NCBI RefSeq assembly: GCF_963921235.1
Contig: NC_086107.1
Span: 105,402,001 to 105,466,000, forward strand
Source of the DNA: Mobula hypostoma
Lineage: Eukaryota
DNA: 64,000 nucleotides
Reading direction: 5' to 3'
Shown here: one piece after another, positions 62,030-64,000 of the stretch
How the letters are laid out: each line of letters opens with the position of its first letter
How positions within the stretch are numbered: position 1 is the stretch's first letter
Made by a program: the position numbers and the translations under genes
Notes under the pieces: model-generated
The model's database searches: none
What the model was told of the DNA's origin: nothing
What the model saw: the letters and a program-made list of their open reading frames with translations, nothing else

Positions 62030-64000
62030 TTCTGAACGTCAATGTGCAGCAGATCCTACGCACTTCAGTCCCCCACCAAGAAAGCATCAAGGCTCTCTGG
62101 TTCTTTCTCGACAAAAGAACCGAACATTTCCCCTCCAGCACCACCCTCCTCTGTTGGTCCTCTTCCTCTGAATTTTTCCCTTCCGCTCCTCCCGCTTCCT
62201 CCAGATGCGAGGGGTAGCCCACACGGGTCCCAGCTATGCCTCCCTGTTTGTCGGCTATGTAGATCAGCCCGCATTTTAAGCCTTCCCAGGCAATACTCCC
62301 CAACTCTTCCTCCGCTACATTGACGACTGCATTGGCGCTGCTTCATGCACCTGTGCTGAGCTCGCCAATTTCGTCAACTTTGCCTCTAACTTCCACCCTG
62401 CCCTTAAGCTCACTTGGTCCATTTCTGATACCTTTCTCCCTTTATCTCGAGCTCTCTGTCTCCATCTCTGGAGACAAACTGTCAACTGACATCTTTTATA
62501 AACCTACTGATTCCCATGGCTACCTTGACTCTATACCACTACCCACCCTGTCCCCCTGTAAAAATGGCACTCCCTCTTCTCAATTCCTTCACCTCCACAT
62601 CTATTCCCAGGACACAGCCTTCCTTTCCAAATGTCCTCCTTCTTCAAAGACTGAGCTTTTCCTTCCTCTACTATTGATAATGCCCTCGCCCGCATCCCCT
62701 CCATTTCCTGAACATCTGCACTCACCCCATCTTCCCGTCACCTTATAGGCTGATTTATACTTCTGCACAGTAGCCTAAGCCGTAGCCTATGCAAGTGGCC
62801 TACGCCGTTGTGAGCATTTATACTTGTGCGTTGGTGTGTCTGCATCGCTCTGCAATTCACCGCCAAAACACTAGTTGGCGGTGGGGATTCTATGCCACTG
62901 CGTTGAGGTTCTTCGTGTTCAAACTCAGCACGAAGAAACTCAAACTTCAAACAATGGCAACTGAAACTGGAGGAGGATGAATTTTCTGTGGGCCACTGAG
63001 AGACATAGACGAGGAAGAGCATTTCAAATATTTTCGGATGTCGGCAGGTAGATTTGATGATTTGGTTCATCGTCTCCAACCATTTATTTCGCATCAGTGT
63101 ACGCACAGTATACTCAGAGACTGGCAATCTCCATTCGAGTTTTAGCTTCAGGTGGAAGTCAACAGGCTGTAGCAGCTAGCTACAAACTGGCGTCAAGCAC
63201 AGGGTCCTCCATAATTTCGGAGGTCTGTAAAGCTTTATGGAAAGCATTGCGGCCAGAGTTCCTTCCCTGCCCTTCAGTCAACCAATGGGAAGCTACTGCA
63301 GCGTAGGAGGAAATGCGATGCTACCAAGCGGACCAATCACAGTTGTTGCGGTCTGCGTCGCCACGATGCATAGTTACATTTTTGGGGAGGTGCGCGTCAG
63401 GCTACTGCGTAGGGTACGTAGCTACCTATGGCGTAGATTTGATGCAGAAGTATAAATTGGCCTTAACAGTGATAGTTCCTCTTGTCCTCGTCTACCACCC
63501 CATGAGCCTTTGCATCCAACACATCATTCTGTGTAACTTCCACCATCTCCAAAGAGATATTTACCTCCCCTCCTGCTCCGCTTTCCCTTGGGATAGCTCC
63601 CTCCGTAATTCCCTTTTCCATTCGTTCTCTCCCCCACCCCCACAAATCTCCCACCCAGCACTTATCCCTGCCAGTGGCCCAAGTGCTACACCTGCCCATT
63701 CACCTCCTCCCTCCCCTCCATTCAGGGCCCCAAACAGTCCTTCCAGGCGAGGCAACACCTCACCTGCGAATCTGCTGGGATCGTGCTCGCGAGGCAGCCT
63801 GCTCTACGTTGGAGAGACCCGTCGTAAACTGGGGAGGGGGGGGCTGCTTCAGCGGGTGCCTCCGCTTCATCCACCCAAAGCAGAACTTCCCGGTGGCCAA
63901 ACATTCCCATTCCCGTTCCCATTCTGACATGTCAGTCCACAGCCTCCTCTTGTGCCAAGATGAGGCCACCCTCAGGGTGGAGGGGCAACACCTTATATCC
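62030..64000 (+). mobile_element. Penelope-like element (RT and GIY-YIG remnants), interrupted by a Harbinger element
   Basis: GV..THGSQL/GPSYA, FLRYIDDC and LSTDIFYKPTDSHGYL RT remnants; LLYVGETRRKLG GIY-YIG remnant after 63464. Confidence 0.85.
62747..63463 (+). mobile_element. PIF/Harbinger-superfamily internally deleted transposon
   Basis: TIRs AGGCTGATTTATACTTCTGC / GCAGAAGTATAAATTGGCCT; transposase remnant [53 protein letters not shown]. Confidence 0.82.

Overview
Repeat-dense vertebrate genomic DNA, most likely from a cartilaginous fish such as a ray. This is inferred from abundant CR1, Rex/Babar, Penelope and V-SINE/HE1-like repeats. Two host genes are supported, arranged convergently. 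(1) A five-exon parvalbumin/oncomodulin-type locus on + (~41161-52290), not called intact by the ORF track. It has a TATA box and mostly canonical splice sites, but also a 1-nt frameshift in exon 4, no donor at the expected end of exon 2 and a conserved Phe changed to Ser, so it is probably a pseudogene. (2) An intact single-coding-exon RING/B-box/coiled-coil/NHL-like TRIM E3 ligase (TRIM56-like, 658 aa) on - (59984-61960). The rest is mostly nested mobile elements: a long, catalytically dead CR1; R4/Dong, Hero-like, L1 and Rex/Babar fragments; Tc1, mariner, Harbinger, hAT and pogo-like remnants; SINEs; and two minisatellites. Other notable signals are many Penelope-associated minimal hammerhead ribozyme motifs, a 112-bp ribozyme-bearing insertion with a 16-bp target duplication, and two mariner MITE copies whose hairpin loop is flipped. 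There is also a candidate MEF2/TATA promoter on - near 8.2 kb. No CRISPR, rRNA or bona fide tRNA gene was seen, and nothing here proves a wholly new system.
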